Assembly (NCBI GenBank): GCA_045612805.1
Contig: JAZKZR010000007.1
Location: 20,591-84,590 of the forward strand
DNA: 64,000 nucleotides
Origin: Candidatus Enterousia sp.
Lineage (GTDB): Bacteria > Pseudomonadota > Alphaproteobacteria > Rs-D84
Reading direction: 5' to 3'
Shown here: positions 38,722-47,429 of the stretch, piece after piece
How positions within the stretch are numbered: the first letter of the stretch is position 1
Layout of the letters: each line of letters opens with the position of its first letter
Translations under genes and position numbers: made by a program
The notes under the pieces: model-generated
The model's input: the letters and a program-made list of their open reading frames with translations, nothing else
The model's database searches: none
Told to the model about the DNA's origin: nothing

Positions 38722-39939
38722 ATGACATTTAACGACATAATAAAAGAATCTTGGCTTTCAATAAGTGCGAATAAAATTCGTTCTTTCCTGACCGTGCTTG
38801 GCATAATCATTGGTGTGTTGGCGGTCGTGATAATGGTTGCGGTCGGCGAAACGGTGCAAACAGAAATCACCGACCAATTTTCATCACTTGGCACAAACAC
38901 AATCGTTATCCGTGCAGGCGCGGCGCGCATAGGCGGCGTGCGAACCGGAAACCGCCAAACACTTACCACCGATGACGCCGCAATAATTGCAAAATTGCCC
39001 GATGTCGCGGCAATTACACCCGTTCAGGCATCCGGCGCCCAGGTTGTATATGGAAACAAAAATTGGGCAACATCAATGATTGGGGTCTATCCTGATTACA
39101 CAACCGTGCAAAGTGTTGATATTGAATACGGCGCGTTTTTTGATGATGCGGCCGTTCGCAATGCATCAACATACGCGGTGATTGGACCGAAAACGGCGAC
39201 GGAACTTGGTATGGATAAAAACCCTGTTGGCGAAGTAATTCGTATTCAAAACGTTCCTTTTGTTATTGTTGGTGTTGCCAAAGAACGCGGCGATACGGCG
39301 ATGGGTTCCCAAGACGATATGGTTATGATACCAATTACAACATTAAAAAAACGTTTGCAAGGCAGCCCTTTTCCGAACTCTGTTAGTATGATTGCGCTTA
39401 AACTTTTCCAAGATGCGGATAATTCCGTTGTGATTGACCAGGTTTCCGCCCTGCTCCGCGACCGGCACCGATTAAAAGACGGCGATGAAGATGATTTTAT
39501 GATTATGGATATGCGACAAATAATGGAAACGATGACAACGGTGACGGGCTATTTGAAATTGCTGTTGATTGCGATTGCGGCGGTGTCGTTGTTGGTTGGT
39601 GCAATTGGAATTATGAATATGATGCTGGTATCGGTTGCGGAACGCACGCGCGAAATCGGAATCCGCAAGGCCATCGGCGCACGCGAACGTCACATAATAA
39701 CGCAATTTTTGGCGGAATCGATAATGATATCGTTCATCGGTTCAATGATTGGTCTTGTCCTTGGGGTCGGCCTTGCCCAAGGTGTTGGGCGATTTATCCT
39801 TGGGTATAATGTTCCGTTTAGTTTATGGCCTGTTGCGCTTTCGATAACCGTTGCGGTCGTTGTCGGCCTTGCATCCGGCGTTGTTCCGGCAATAAAGGCC
39901 GCAAAACTAAATCCAATCGACAGTTTGCGATATGAATAA
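38722..39939 (+). CDS. MacB-type ABC permease
   Basis: RSFLTVLGIIIGV, GAIGIMNMMLVSVAERTREIGIRKAIGA, AAKLNPIDSLRYE. Confidence 0.95.
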   Translation: MTFNDIIKESWLSISANKIRSFLTVLGIIIGVLAVVIMVAVGETVQTEITDQFSSLGTNTIVIRAGAARIGGVRTGNRQTLTTDDAAIIAKLPDVAAITPVQASGAQVVYGNKNWATSMIGVYPDYTTVQSVDIEYGAFFDDAAVRNASTYAVIGPKTATELGMDKNPVGEVIRIQNVPFVIVGVAKERGDTAMGSQDDMVMIPITTLKKRLQGSPFPNSVSMIALKLFQDADNSVVIDQVSALLRDRHRLKDGDEDDFMIMDMRQIMETMTTVTGYLKLLLIAIAAVSLLVGAIGIMNMMLVSVAERTREIGIRKAIGARERHIITQFLAESIMISFIGSMIGLVLGVGLAQGVGRFILGYNVPFSLWPVALSITVAVVVGLASGVVPAIKAAKLNPIDSLRYE

Positions 39940-39940
39940 T

Positions 39941-40807
39941 TTATTTAGAAAGTTTTTCATACATGTTCGATAAAAACGGAACATTTACACGTGCTTTACC
40001 TGCTTTTTTGACAAGTGCGCTAAGTGCCGACAAACCTTCGACCGTGCCGACCGGTTTTTCACCTTTTGCTATCGCGACACCGGCGGAAAAATTACGACTG
40101 GTGGTTGATGTTGCTGTCAAAATTAAATCCCCAATACCACACAAATCAGAAAACGTTTCCAATTTTGCGCCCATTTTAAGGCCGATTTTTATAACCTCTT
40201 TCCATGCGGTGGTCATATAAAACGCGGATTCATTTTCACCTTTGCGTTTTACGCTGTAATATCCATTTATAACCGCCACCGCGTTTTTGCCGACACCACA
40301 TATCTCCGTTCCGATTACATCGCGTGTTGGGCTGATATACATTTTGTGAAATATCTTTAATCCAATACTTTGAATTTCTTTACCCCCCGCAAGCGTTGAA
40401 CCCGTTGGAACACCGCGTGCAACCTCGGCCGCGAATTGTGGACCAGAAAGCACACCGATATTCTTTTTTGCGGGTTTAATCGTTTCGCTTAAAACCTCTG
40501 TCATAAATTTACCGGTTTTGGGTTCTGCGCCTTTGGTGCAAATTATAATTGGTTGTTTGTTATAATGGCACCCTGCCCTGGCCATTGTTTCACGGAAAAA
40601 TGCCGCCGGTGTCACCGCAATCCATGCGTCGCAAGATTTTAATTCTGTCAAATCCTGCGTTATTTTTACATGGTTTGGTAATTTTGTGCCATCAAAATGC
40701 GCGTATTCACCGTCAAAAGACCATAAAATTACACTTGATTCCCCACGTGCAATAACGTGTGCGATGGCACTTCCCCATGCGCCTGCGCCAATAATACCAA
40801 CAATCAT
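39941..40807 (-). CDS. gpsA: NAD(P)H-dependent glycerol-3-phosphate dehydrogenase
   Basis: IIGAGAWGSA, LSGPQFAAEV, GVGKN, GIGDLILTATSTTSRN, VEG. Confidence 0.92.
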   Translation of the reverse strand: MIVGIIGAGAWGSAIAHVIARGESSVILWSFDGEYAHFDGTKLPNHVKITQDLTELKSCDAWIAVTPAAFFRETMARAGCHYNKQPIIICTKGAEPKTGKFMTEVLSETIKPAKKNIGVLSGPQFAAEVARGVPTGSTLAGGKEIQSIGLKIFHKMYISPTRDVIGTEICGVGKNAVAVINGYYSVKRKGENESAFYMTTAWKEVIKIGLKMGAKLETFSDLCGIGDLILTATSTTSRNFSAGVAIAKGEKPVGTVEGLSALSALVKKAGKARVNVPFLSNMYEKLSK

Positions 40808-42414
40808 TTTATTTTCCTTATTTTTTTCTTTATGTTTGGAACAATAACCAATCCGTCTTCGGCAAGTTCGATTGCGCGATTATACGCATCGCGTGCCAAA
40901 TCGTTTTTCCCCGTTGCAATATACGCGTCACCCAAATGTTCAAATAACGCCGAACAAGTATCCGCCGCGCCACCAATTTTTTCAAGTATTTCAAGTGCCG
41001 CACCGCTGCCTTCACGTACACCAACAACCACCGCAACCGTATCCCACGCAACCACATCCATCGGGTCGCGCTTTACCATCGCCATTGCATAGTTATATGC
41101 GTTTTCAATTTCACGATTTTGTGCCGCCCAAATTCGCGCCTGAATCATTAAAATTTCCGGGTCGATAATTTGCATTTTTGAAACTTCGTGAATATCAGAT
41201 TGCGCGCGTTCCAAATCGCCAAACATCATATACACAAACGCGCGCCGTTTTAGCAAATATGCCCGCCCCGAATCAGAAAGTTTTTCATTATCCAATGTCC
41301 GATTTATGGCGCGCAGCGCGGACGATTTGTCCCCTGCCCTAATATATTCCGCGACAATTTTGTTTAACGCGGGAATAAATAATTGGTGCGCGCTTAAAAT
41401 CTTTTTAATCTCATCAACCGAATTCACGGTTTGCATTTGTGCGAACAAGTAAAACGGACTGTCTATCGATATAGAATCAAAATAACGCGCATAATTCCCG
41501 TGTGTGTTCACGAAAAACTGTCCGGTGTAGTAGTTTATCATATCTTGAAAGAATTGCGTTTCTGGACCGATTATTTGCGCAAAACGCAACATCAATACCG
41601 AAAGGTCCGAATAAAGCATAATTTGCGTATGTGAAACATTTTGAACGACATTAAATGCCAATTCATTTTTTATGCCTGCAAAATTTTCTTTCCAATCCGG
41701 AATATCTTCATAATATGACAAAAACATACCGCCCGGCGTTGATGAAAAAGTTTTTCGCAACATTTCGGCATTTTCGTCCATGTCATGCGCCTGATAGAAC
41801 GACATAACGTAAATATAATCGTTCATATTCATGAACCCCGTTGGTACATTTGCGAACGCGCCGGCGGCCTTTTCAAAATCGCCCGATTCGGCATAGATTT
41901 GTCCGCGCACAAACATTTTCCACGCGGGATTTGATTCGGATTTTTCAATAAATTTTAATACTTCGTCCGTATGCCCCGCGCCGACGCCGGACCAAACACG
42001 AAAAGGTGTGTATACGGCGGATTTGTTCGTATAGAACCGTTTATACATATCGGCCCAACGGTCGTTTTTTGCCAAATACGCATCGTACATTATTTGTGAT
42101 GATATTTCTTTTTTGTCGGCAAATTTTTCTATGTTCGTTGGGATTTTTCCGGATAAAAATTCAACCAGTGCGCGTGTTTCTTGGGCGACATCATATTCAA
42201 CATCGGCGAATTCGGCAAGGAATTCGTTCGCACTGTTAAAATCATTTGCATAAATCGCATGCTGGGCCGCCAAAAAAGCGCCGTATTTTGTCGGTTGCAA
42301 TTCATCCGATTCCACAAAATCGCCGGTTGAAATCATACGCGAAGACGCGACATAGGCCAAAACGCCAACCGCCACGAATAAACCAATAAAAAATATCGTT
42401 TTTAATTTTGCCAT
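40804..42414 (-). CDS. Tetratricopeptide repeat protein with N-terminal anchor
   Basis: Start MAKLKTIFF at 42414 (the ORF-track extension overlaps rsmG); helical repeats, EHLGDAY...AREAY-type TPR end. Confidence 0.75.
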   Translation of the reverse strand: MAKLKTIFFIGLFVAVGVLAYVASSRMISTGDFVESDELQPTKYGAFLAAQHAIYANDFNSANEFLAEFADVEYDVAQETRALVEFLSGKIPTNIEKFADKKEISSQIMYDAYLAKNDRWADMYKRFYTNKSAVYTPFRVWSGVGAGHTDEVLKFIEKSESNPAWKMFVRGQIYAESGDFEKAAGAFANVPTGFMNMNDYIYVMSFYQAHDMDENAEMLRKTFSSTPGGMFLSYYEDIPDWKENFAGIKNELAFNVVQNVSHTQIMLYSDLSVLMLRFAQIIGPETQFFQDMINYYTGQFFVNTHGNYARYFDSISIDSPFYLFAQMQTVNSVDEIKKILSAHQLFIPALNKIVAEYIRAGDKSSALRAINRTLDNEKLSDSGRAYLLKRRAFVYMMFGDLERAQSDIHEVSKMQIIDPEILMIQARIWAAQNREIENAYNYAMAMVKRDPMDVVAWDTVAVVVGVREGSGAALEILEKIGGAADTCSALFEHLGDAYIATGKNDLARDAYNRAIELAEDGLVIVPNIKKKIRKIK

Positions 42415-42440
42415 TTGTAAAATTATGCTACAATAATAAT

Positions 42441-43013
42441 ATGAATAGTAAAGAAAAATTTGCACTTTATGCGGAAATTTTACGCGATTGGAATTCGCGT
42501 ATGAATCTTGTGGCGCGCGGCACCTTGGGTGACCTTGAAAACCGGCACTTTGCCGATTCAGCGCAATTGGCGGATGTTTTACCGGCGGGCGTAAATGTAA
42601 TTGATTTTGGTTCGGGTGCGGGTTTCCCCGGCGTTGTTTTGGCGATTTTGGGGTGGCGCGTGACGTGTATCGAATCGATTGGCAAAAAAGTTGCTTTTCT
42701 AAATGAATTAAAATCAAAACTTGAACTTGATAATTTAACAATTTATCACGGACGCGTCGAAAACTTTTTCCCGGCTTTTTTGAATAAAAACAACAAAAAA
42801 ACCGGGAATTTTGTTATAACCGCACGCGCGTTTGCACCACTGGTTAAAATTATGGATTACGTTCGTGGGGTAAATTGCCGGCTTTTTTTACTAAAAGGCC
42901 GGGAAATTGAACGCGAAATTGCCGATGCAAAAAAGAAATATCGGTTTGATTACGATTTAATACCGTCCAAGACCGGTGACGGGTTTATAATAATTGTGCG
43001 ATTCGGTCGGTAA
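42441..43013 (+). CDS. rsmG: 16S rRNA m7G527 methyltransferase RsmG (GidB)
   Basis: WNSRMNLVA, RHFADS, DFGSGAGFPG, ESIGKKVAFL, TARAFAPL. Confidence 0.94.
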   Translation: MNSKEKFALYAEILRDWNSRMNLVARGTLGDLENRHFADSAQLADVLPAGVNVIDFGSGAGFPGVVLAILGWRVTCIESIGKKVAFLNELKSKLELDNLTIYHGRVENFFPAFLNKNNKKTGNFVITARAFAPLVKIMDYVRGVNCRLFLLKGREIEREIADAKKKYRFDYDLIPSKTGDGFIIIVRFGR

Positions 43014-43027
43014 TTTCATGTGAAATA
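43012..43027. promoter_or_regulatory. Candidate parS site
   Basis: AATTTCATGTGAAATA, 12/16 match to TGTTTCACGTGAAACA with perfect inverted arms ATTTCA/TGAAAT, just upstream of parA. Confidence 0.45.
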
Positions 43028-43134
43028 AAAAATATCTTGTTGATTTTATTATGTTTTTTAATTTGATCTTTTATTTCTTGACCGTGTCAAATTTCGCGTA
43101 TATACTCTAAAACAATAAAAGGAAGGTGTGGAAA

Positions 43135-43908
43135 ATGACGGAAATTATCGCGTTTGCAAATCAAAAGGGTGGTGTTGGAAAAACAACGACCGCAATAAAC
43201 CTTGGGGCGTCGCTGGCCGCAATTAAAAAGCGTGTTTTGCTTATTGATTTGGATTCCCAGGGTAATGCCGGGACGGGACTTGGATTTGTTCGTTCTTCAC
43301 ATTCACAAAGCGTTTATGATGTGATTATGGGGGTATCCGGTGCGGCGGAAAACATACTTTCGACCGCGGTTCCGGGTATGCATATTTTGCCATCGACCCA
43401 GGCACTTGCCGGGGCCGAAGTTGAATTGTTGGATATGGAAAACAAGGAATATCGCCTGCGCGATGCGTTGCGGCCGATAATGGAACATTATGATTATATC
43501 TTGCTGGATTGTCCGCCGAATTTGGGTTATGTCACATTAAATGCGTTGACGACCGCAAATCATGTGATTATACCGCTGCAATGCGAATTTTTCGCGCTGG
43601 AGGGGGTTTTGCACCTTATAAATACAATCAAAGGCATTCAGCAAAAATGGAATCCAAATTTGGATGTTTTGGGCGTTTTGCTAACTATGTACGACCGGCG
43701 GTATGGTATGACACGTGATGTCGAAGATAACGTTCGTGAAACCTTTGGCGATTTGGTGTTCAAAACGGTTGTTCCGCGCAATGTCCGTGTGGCCGAGGCG
43801 CCAAGTCACGGCAAACCGGCGTTGTTTTATGACTTTAATTCCAACGGTGCCCAGGCGTATTTGCGCTTTGCGACCGAGGTTATTCAAAAAATAGAAAAGG
43901 GGGAATAA
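43135..43908 (+). CDS. parA: Chromosome partitioning ATPase ParA
   Basis: NQKGGVGKTTT, DLDSQGNA, DCPPNLG, PLQCEFFALEG, PRNVRVAEAPSHG. Confidence 0.97.
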   Translation: MTEIIAFANQKGGVGKTTTAINLGASLAAIKKRVLLIDLDSQGNAGTGLGFVRSSHSQSVYDVIMGVSGAAENILSTAVPGMHILPSTQALAGAEVELLDMENKEYRLRDALRPIMEHYDYILLDCPPNLGYVTLNALTTANHVIIPLQCEFFALEGVLHLINTIKGIQQKWNPNLDVLGVLLTMYDRRYGMTRDVEDNVRETFGDLVFKTVVPRNVRVAEAPSHGKPALFYDFNSNGAQAYLRFATEVIQKIEKGE

Positions 43909-43909
43909 A

Positions 43910-44794
43910 ATGGGAAAATTTGGCCTGGGACGGACACTAACAGATTTACAGAACGAAATGGGCGCGGCGCCCGAAGTATCGATTTTAAGTGGCACGGAAC
44001 GCGTTGTTGTGCGGCAAATTCCAATTGCACAAATCGGCGTGAATCCCGATCAACCACGTAAAACCTTTACAGCCGAAGATTTGGCGGATTTGTCCGCATC
44101 TATAAAGGAAAAGGGCGTATTACAACCAATTTTGTTGCGTTCGGTAAAAAATCGGCCGTATATGTATGAAATTGTGGCGGGCGAACGGCGCTATCGTGCA
44201 AGTAAAATGGCGGGACTTTCCGAAATTCCGGCGTTGGTAAAGAACTTGGCGGACAATAACGCAATGGAAATCGCACTGATTGAAAATGTGCAACGCGAAA
44301 ACCTGAATCCGATAGAGGAGGCCGCGGCTTACGTAAACCTGATGAATAAATGCGAATACAGTATGGCGGATGTGTCGCATTTGATTGGAAAATCCGAAAG
44401 TTATATACGAAACCTGGTGCGCCTTAACGGATTGCCGGCATCGGTCAAAAAAATGGTAGAGCAGGGCGCGCTTTCCGCATCGCATGCGCGCGCAATCACC
44501 GTTGCCGAAGACCCCGAAAAGGTCGCGCGCGAAATCATCGAACAAAAATTATCGGTTGCGGATACCGAAAAACGTATGAAAAATGTGACGCGTTCCGGCA
44601 AAAACCGCAAATTTACAAACAAAACTATGGACACCAAAACCGTCAAAGAACTGACGCAAAGGGCAGGGCGTGCATTATCCGCCACGGTTAAAATCACCGA
44701 ACGTCGTGGCGGTGCGGGTGTGATAACAATTTCCTTTGGCACGCGCACACAGTTGAACGAAATCATAGATAAAATTGCCGGCCGAAACGCATAA
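43910..44794 (+). CDS. parB: Chromosome partitioning protein ParB
   Basis: NPDQPRK.F, GVLQPI, VAGERRYRA, ALIENVQRENLNPIEEA. Confidence 0.96.
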   Translation: MGKFGLGRTLTDLQNEMGAAPEVSILSGTERVVVRQIPIAQIGVNPDQPRKTFTAEDLADLSASIKEKGVLQPILLRSVKNRPYMYEIVAGERRYRASKMAGLSEIPALVKNLADNNAMEIALIENVQRENLNPIEEAAAYVNLMNKCEYSMADVSHLIGKSESYIRNLVRLNGLPASVKKMVEQGALSASHARAITVAEDPEKVAREIIEQKLSVADTEKRMKNVTRSGKNRKFTNKTMDTKTVKELTQRAGRALSATVKITERRGGAGVITISFGTRTQLNEIIDKIAGRNA

Positions 44795-44847
44795 AAATAT
44801 CAAAAAAGCCGGGAAGTTGACAAAAGTGGTCGGTGTTAGTGGATAGT

Positions 44848-44906
44848 AAAAAAAACACCGGCAAACTGCCGGTGCAAAAAAAAAACGCCCAAACGGGCGT
44901 TTTTAT
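44848..44906. terminator. Two hairpins between convergent parB and pal
   Basis: CACCGGCA/TGCCGGTG and AAAACGCCC-aaac-GGGCGTTTT with A/T tracts. Confidence 0.65.
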
Positions 44907-45322
44907 TATTTAACGGTCGTTGTGGCGTTACGGTTAAATTTCCAAACCTTTTCGCCAGTTCCCTTGACCAACGGGCGTTCTTTACCATAAGAAATGGTAG
45001 AGATACGTTTCGCACTAACGCCTTCGTTAACAATAACCTGTTTCGCGGCATTTGCACGACGTGCACCCAGTGCCAAGTTGTATTCCGTTGAACCGCGTTC
45101 GTCGCAGTTACCGGCAATTTGAACCTTTACATCATCGTGTGATTTAAGGTATGCCGCCTGACCAAGCAAGTTATCATGCGCCGCATCGGAAATTTCCGAA
45201 GAATTAAACGCGAAGAAAACACGTTGGTTTTCGATTGATTCCGGTTCAACAACGGTTGAACCACCGCACGCCGCCAGCAAGCCAGCCGCGCCCGCCAATA
45301 AAGCAAAGTTTTTTATTTTCAT
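44906..45322 (-). CDS. pal: Peptidoglycan-associated lipoprotein Pal
   Basis: Lipobox LAAC, GNCDERGSTEYNLALGARRA, ISYGKERP. Confidence 0.93.
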   Translation of the reverse strand: MKIKNFALLAGAAGLLAACGGSTVVEPESIENQRVFFAFNSSEISDAAHDNLLGQAAYLKSHDDVKVQIAGNCDERGSTEYNLALGARRANAAKQVIVNEGVSAKRISTISYGKERPLVKGTGEKVWKFNRNATTTVK

Positions 45323-45406
45323 GAAAATACTCCCTTGAGTTTATGTTGCTCATGGTATAGTGTATACTAAAATTTATATAAAATCAAGCCAAAAGGAATA
45401 TTTTCG

Positions 45407-46147
45407 ATGAATAATGATTTTTTGCGGGATTTAGTGATGGCGGGTGTGAAATGGGAACTTTCCGATGAAACGGTTGGGTTTGTTGTGGAATCTGCACCGG
45501 CGGTGCCGCGTGTGCGCACGATTTCGAACAATGTTGTGCCGCCTATATCGCCGGTGTCCACGGTATCGGTTGAAACGGCGCGCGCAATGGCGGAAAGGCC
45601 GACCACAACCGCCGTCCTTTGCCGTATGATTGATGAATTCAATCACCCACTGCGCGCGGGTGTGTCAAATGTTGTTGTGCCACATATCGCACCGAATCCG
45701 AACGGTGTCTTGGTGATTACCGATATCCCGTCCAGTGAAGATGACGCCACGGGGCAAATCCTTTCGGGGCCGGCGGGTGATTTGTTCGACAAAATGATTG
45801 GCGCGATTGGTATGTCGCGCGAAAGCGTTTCGATTTCGCCGATTCTGTTTTGGCGCACGCCGGGCGGCCGGACACCGTCGCGGTTGGAAATGGATTTGGC
45901 GCGCCCATTCATAGATCGTTTGATTGAACTTACCGAACCAAAAATAATTATAACACTTGGGACACTTGCGGCGGCGGAAATCGCGAACATAGATTTAATG
46001 CGGAATCACGGCGCGGAAACGGCGGGGCCGGGCGGGGCGCGCGTGTTTTCGATTTATCACCCAAATTATCTGATACTTAAAACCGCCGCAAAACAAGATG
46101 TGTGGACGGTGTTGCAAAATGTGCAAAAATTGTTGAAAACTCTGTAA
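45407..46147 (+). CDS. Uracil-DNA glycosylase family 4-like protein with degenerate motifs
   Basis: GQILSGPAGDLFDKMI, FWRTPGGRTP, IITLG, YHP; GEAPG is replaced by TDIPS and the Fe-S cysteines are missing. Confidence 0.75.
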   Translation: MNNDFLRDLVMAGVKWELSDETVGFVVESAPAVPRVRTISNNVVPPISPVSTVSVETARAMAERPTTTAVLCRMIDEFNHPLRAGVSNVVVPHIAPNPNGVLVITDIPSSEDDATGQILSGPAGDLFDKMIGAIGMSRESVSISPILFWRTPGGRTPSRLEMDLARPFIDRLIELTEPKIIITLGTLAAAEIANIDLMRNHGAETAGPGGARVFSIYHPNYLILKTAAKQDVWTVLQNVQKLLKTL

Positions 46148-46190
46148 AATCGTGTATAATTCGCGCATAACAGTTTAAAAGGAGCATACA

Positions 46191-46745
46191 ATTAAACCGC
46201 AAAATAATCGTGATAAACGTGACATGGGGCCACGCACAAATAATCGGATAACCGCAAAATCTGTTCAGGTTATCGGTGCCGATGGGCAAAATATGGGCGT
46301 TATGCCAACCGCGGATGCGTTGCAAATGGCAATGGATGCCGGAATGGATTTGGTGGAATTAAATGGCGCATCTGTGCCGCCGGTCGTAAAAATAATGGAC
46401 TTTGGCAAATACAAATATGAACAGAAAAAACGCGCGTCCGAGGCCAAGAAAAAACAAAAAATCACCGAAATGAAAGAGGTTTGGATAAAACCTTTTATCG
46501 AAGAAAACGATTTACAAATCAAATTGCGCAAGGTTTTTGAATTCTTGGACGGTGGTGACAAGGTTAAAATATCCGTCATGACCAAGGGCAATCGGCGTGT
46601 ATTGGCGATTGGGCGTGATTCTGTGCCGGCGTTGTTTGAACATGTGGTAGAATTGATTGGCGACCGTGGAACATTGGAAAGTCGTTCCAAACCGGACGAA
46701 CGAACAAAATCAATTGTTATCGCCCCGGCAAAACCCACGAAGTAA
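46191..46745 (+). CDS. infC: Translation initiation factor IF-3, probable AUU start
   Basis: GGAG RBS (46181-46184) then in-frame ATT at 46191; DLVE...PPVVKIMDFGKYKYEQKK, GDKVKI. Confidence 0.93.
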   Translation: MKPQNNRDKRDMGPRTNNRITAKSVQVIGADGQNMGVMPTADALQMAMDAGMDLVELNGASVPPVVKIMDFGKYKYEQKKRASEAKKKQKITEMKEVWIKPFIEENDLQIKLRKVFEFLDGGDKVKISVMTKGNRRVLAIGRDSVPALFEHVVELIGDRGTLESRSKPDERTKSIVIAPAKPTK

Positions 46746-46756
46746 AGGAACATATT

Positions 46757-47128
46757 ATGACCAAGGAAAATATTGAAAAATATTACCAAACACCAGGAGG
46801 CCTGGCGGTAAAAAAATTTATAGAAAAAGAACGACAAGAAGCGGTTGTTTATAGTGTGACAAACCGCGGCGATAAAAGAATTGTCTGCTGTCATAGCCCG
46901 GTATGGCAGGATATAGAAATTATTCTTGATTCGCCAAGGGCCGAAGAGGTTCAACGCGGTGATATTTTGTTGGTTTCTAAATCTGGCGACCATTACTATA
47001 TTGTTAACAACAACACTGCGGAACAAATAAAACAAAACGGCAGAAAAAAGATATTAAAAGATTTTGATGAAAGCCAGCAACAAATGATAGCTCTTATCAC
47101 ATATTTCAATAAGAATATTGCGAAGTAA
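46757..47128 (+). CDS. Hypothetical protein (ORFan-like, 123 aa)
   Basis: AAGGA RBS, AT-rich codons, followed by a terminator. Confidence 0.75.
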   Translation: MTKENIEKYYQTPGGLAVKKFIEKERQEAVVYSVTNRGDKRIVCCHSPVWQDIEIILDSPRAEEVQRGDILLVSKSGDHYYIVNNNTAEQIKQNGRKKILKDFDESQQQMIALITYFNKNIAK

Positions 47129-47157
47129 AAAAATCTGCCAGACGGCAGATTTTTTTA
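47128..47157 (+). terminator. Terminator after the infC operon
   Basis: AAAATCTGCC-aga-CGGCAGATTTTTTT. Confidence 0.75.
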
Positions 47158-47214
47158 GTGGAATGTTGAATTTTTATTTTGTATCTTTCACTTATCTAAC
47201 AAAGGGTTTATAAG

Positions 47215-47418
47215 ATGGATACGGATAAATTGACATTTGAAGATGCGTACAAACAACTGACAGAATTGGTCAAAAAAATGGAATCGGGCGAAATGCCACT
47301 TGCGGATTCGGTCGCCGCATACGAACAGGGTATAAAGTTAAAGGCCTATTGTGAACAGTTATTGAAAGAGGCCGAATTAAAAATCGAAACACTTAAAATT
47401 ACAAGCCCGAACGAATAA
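47215..47418 (+). CDS. xseB: Exodeoxyribonuclease VII small subunit
   Basis: TFEDAYKQL..LV..MESG..PL..SV..YEQG..L...C...L..AE. Confidence 0.93.
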   Translation: MDTDKLTFEDAYKQLTELVKKMESGEMPLADSVAAYEQGIKLKAYCEQLLKEAELKIETLKITSPNE

Positions 47419-47429
47419 CGGATTTGGCG

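Noticed and set aside
35305-39939. Second genomic island at tRNA-Cys carrying the efflux operon
   Set aside because: No integrase, no duplicated tRNA end, and composition and codon usage match the host
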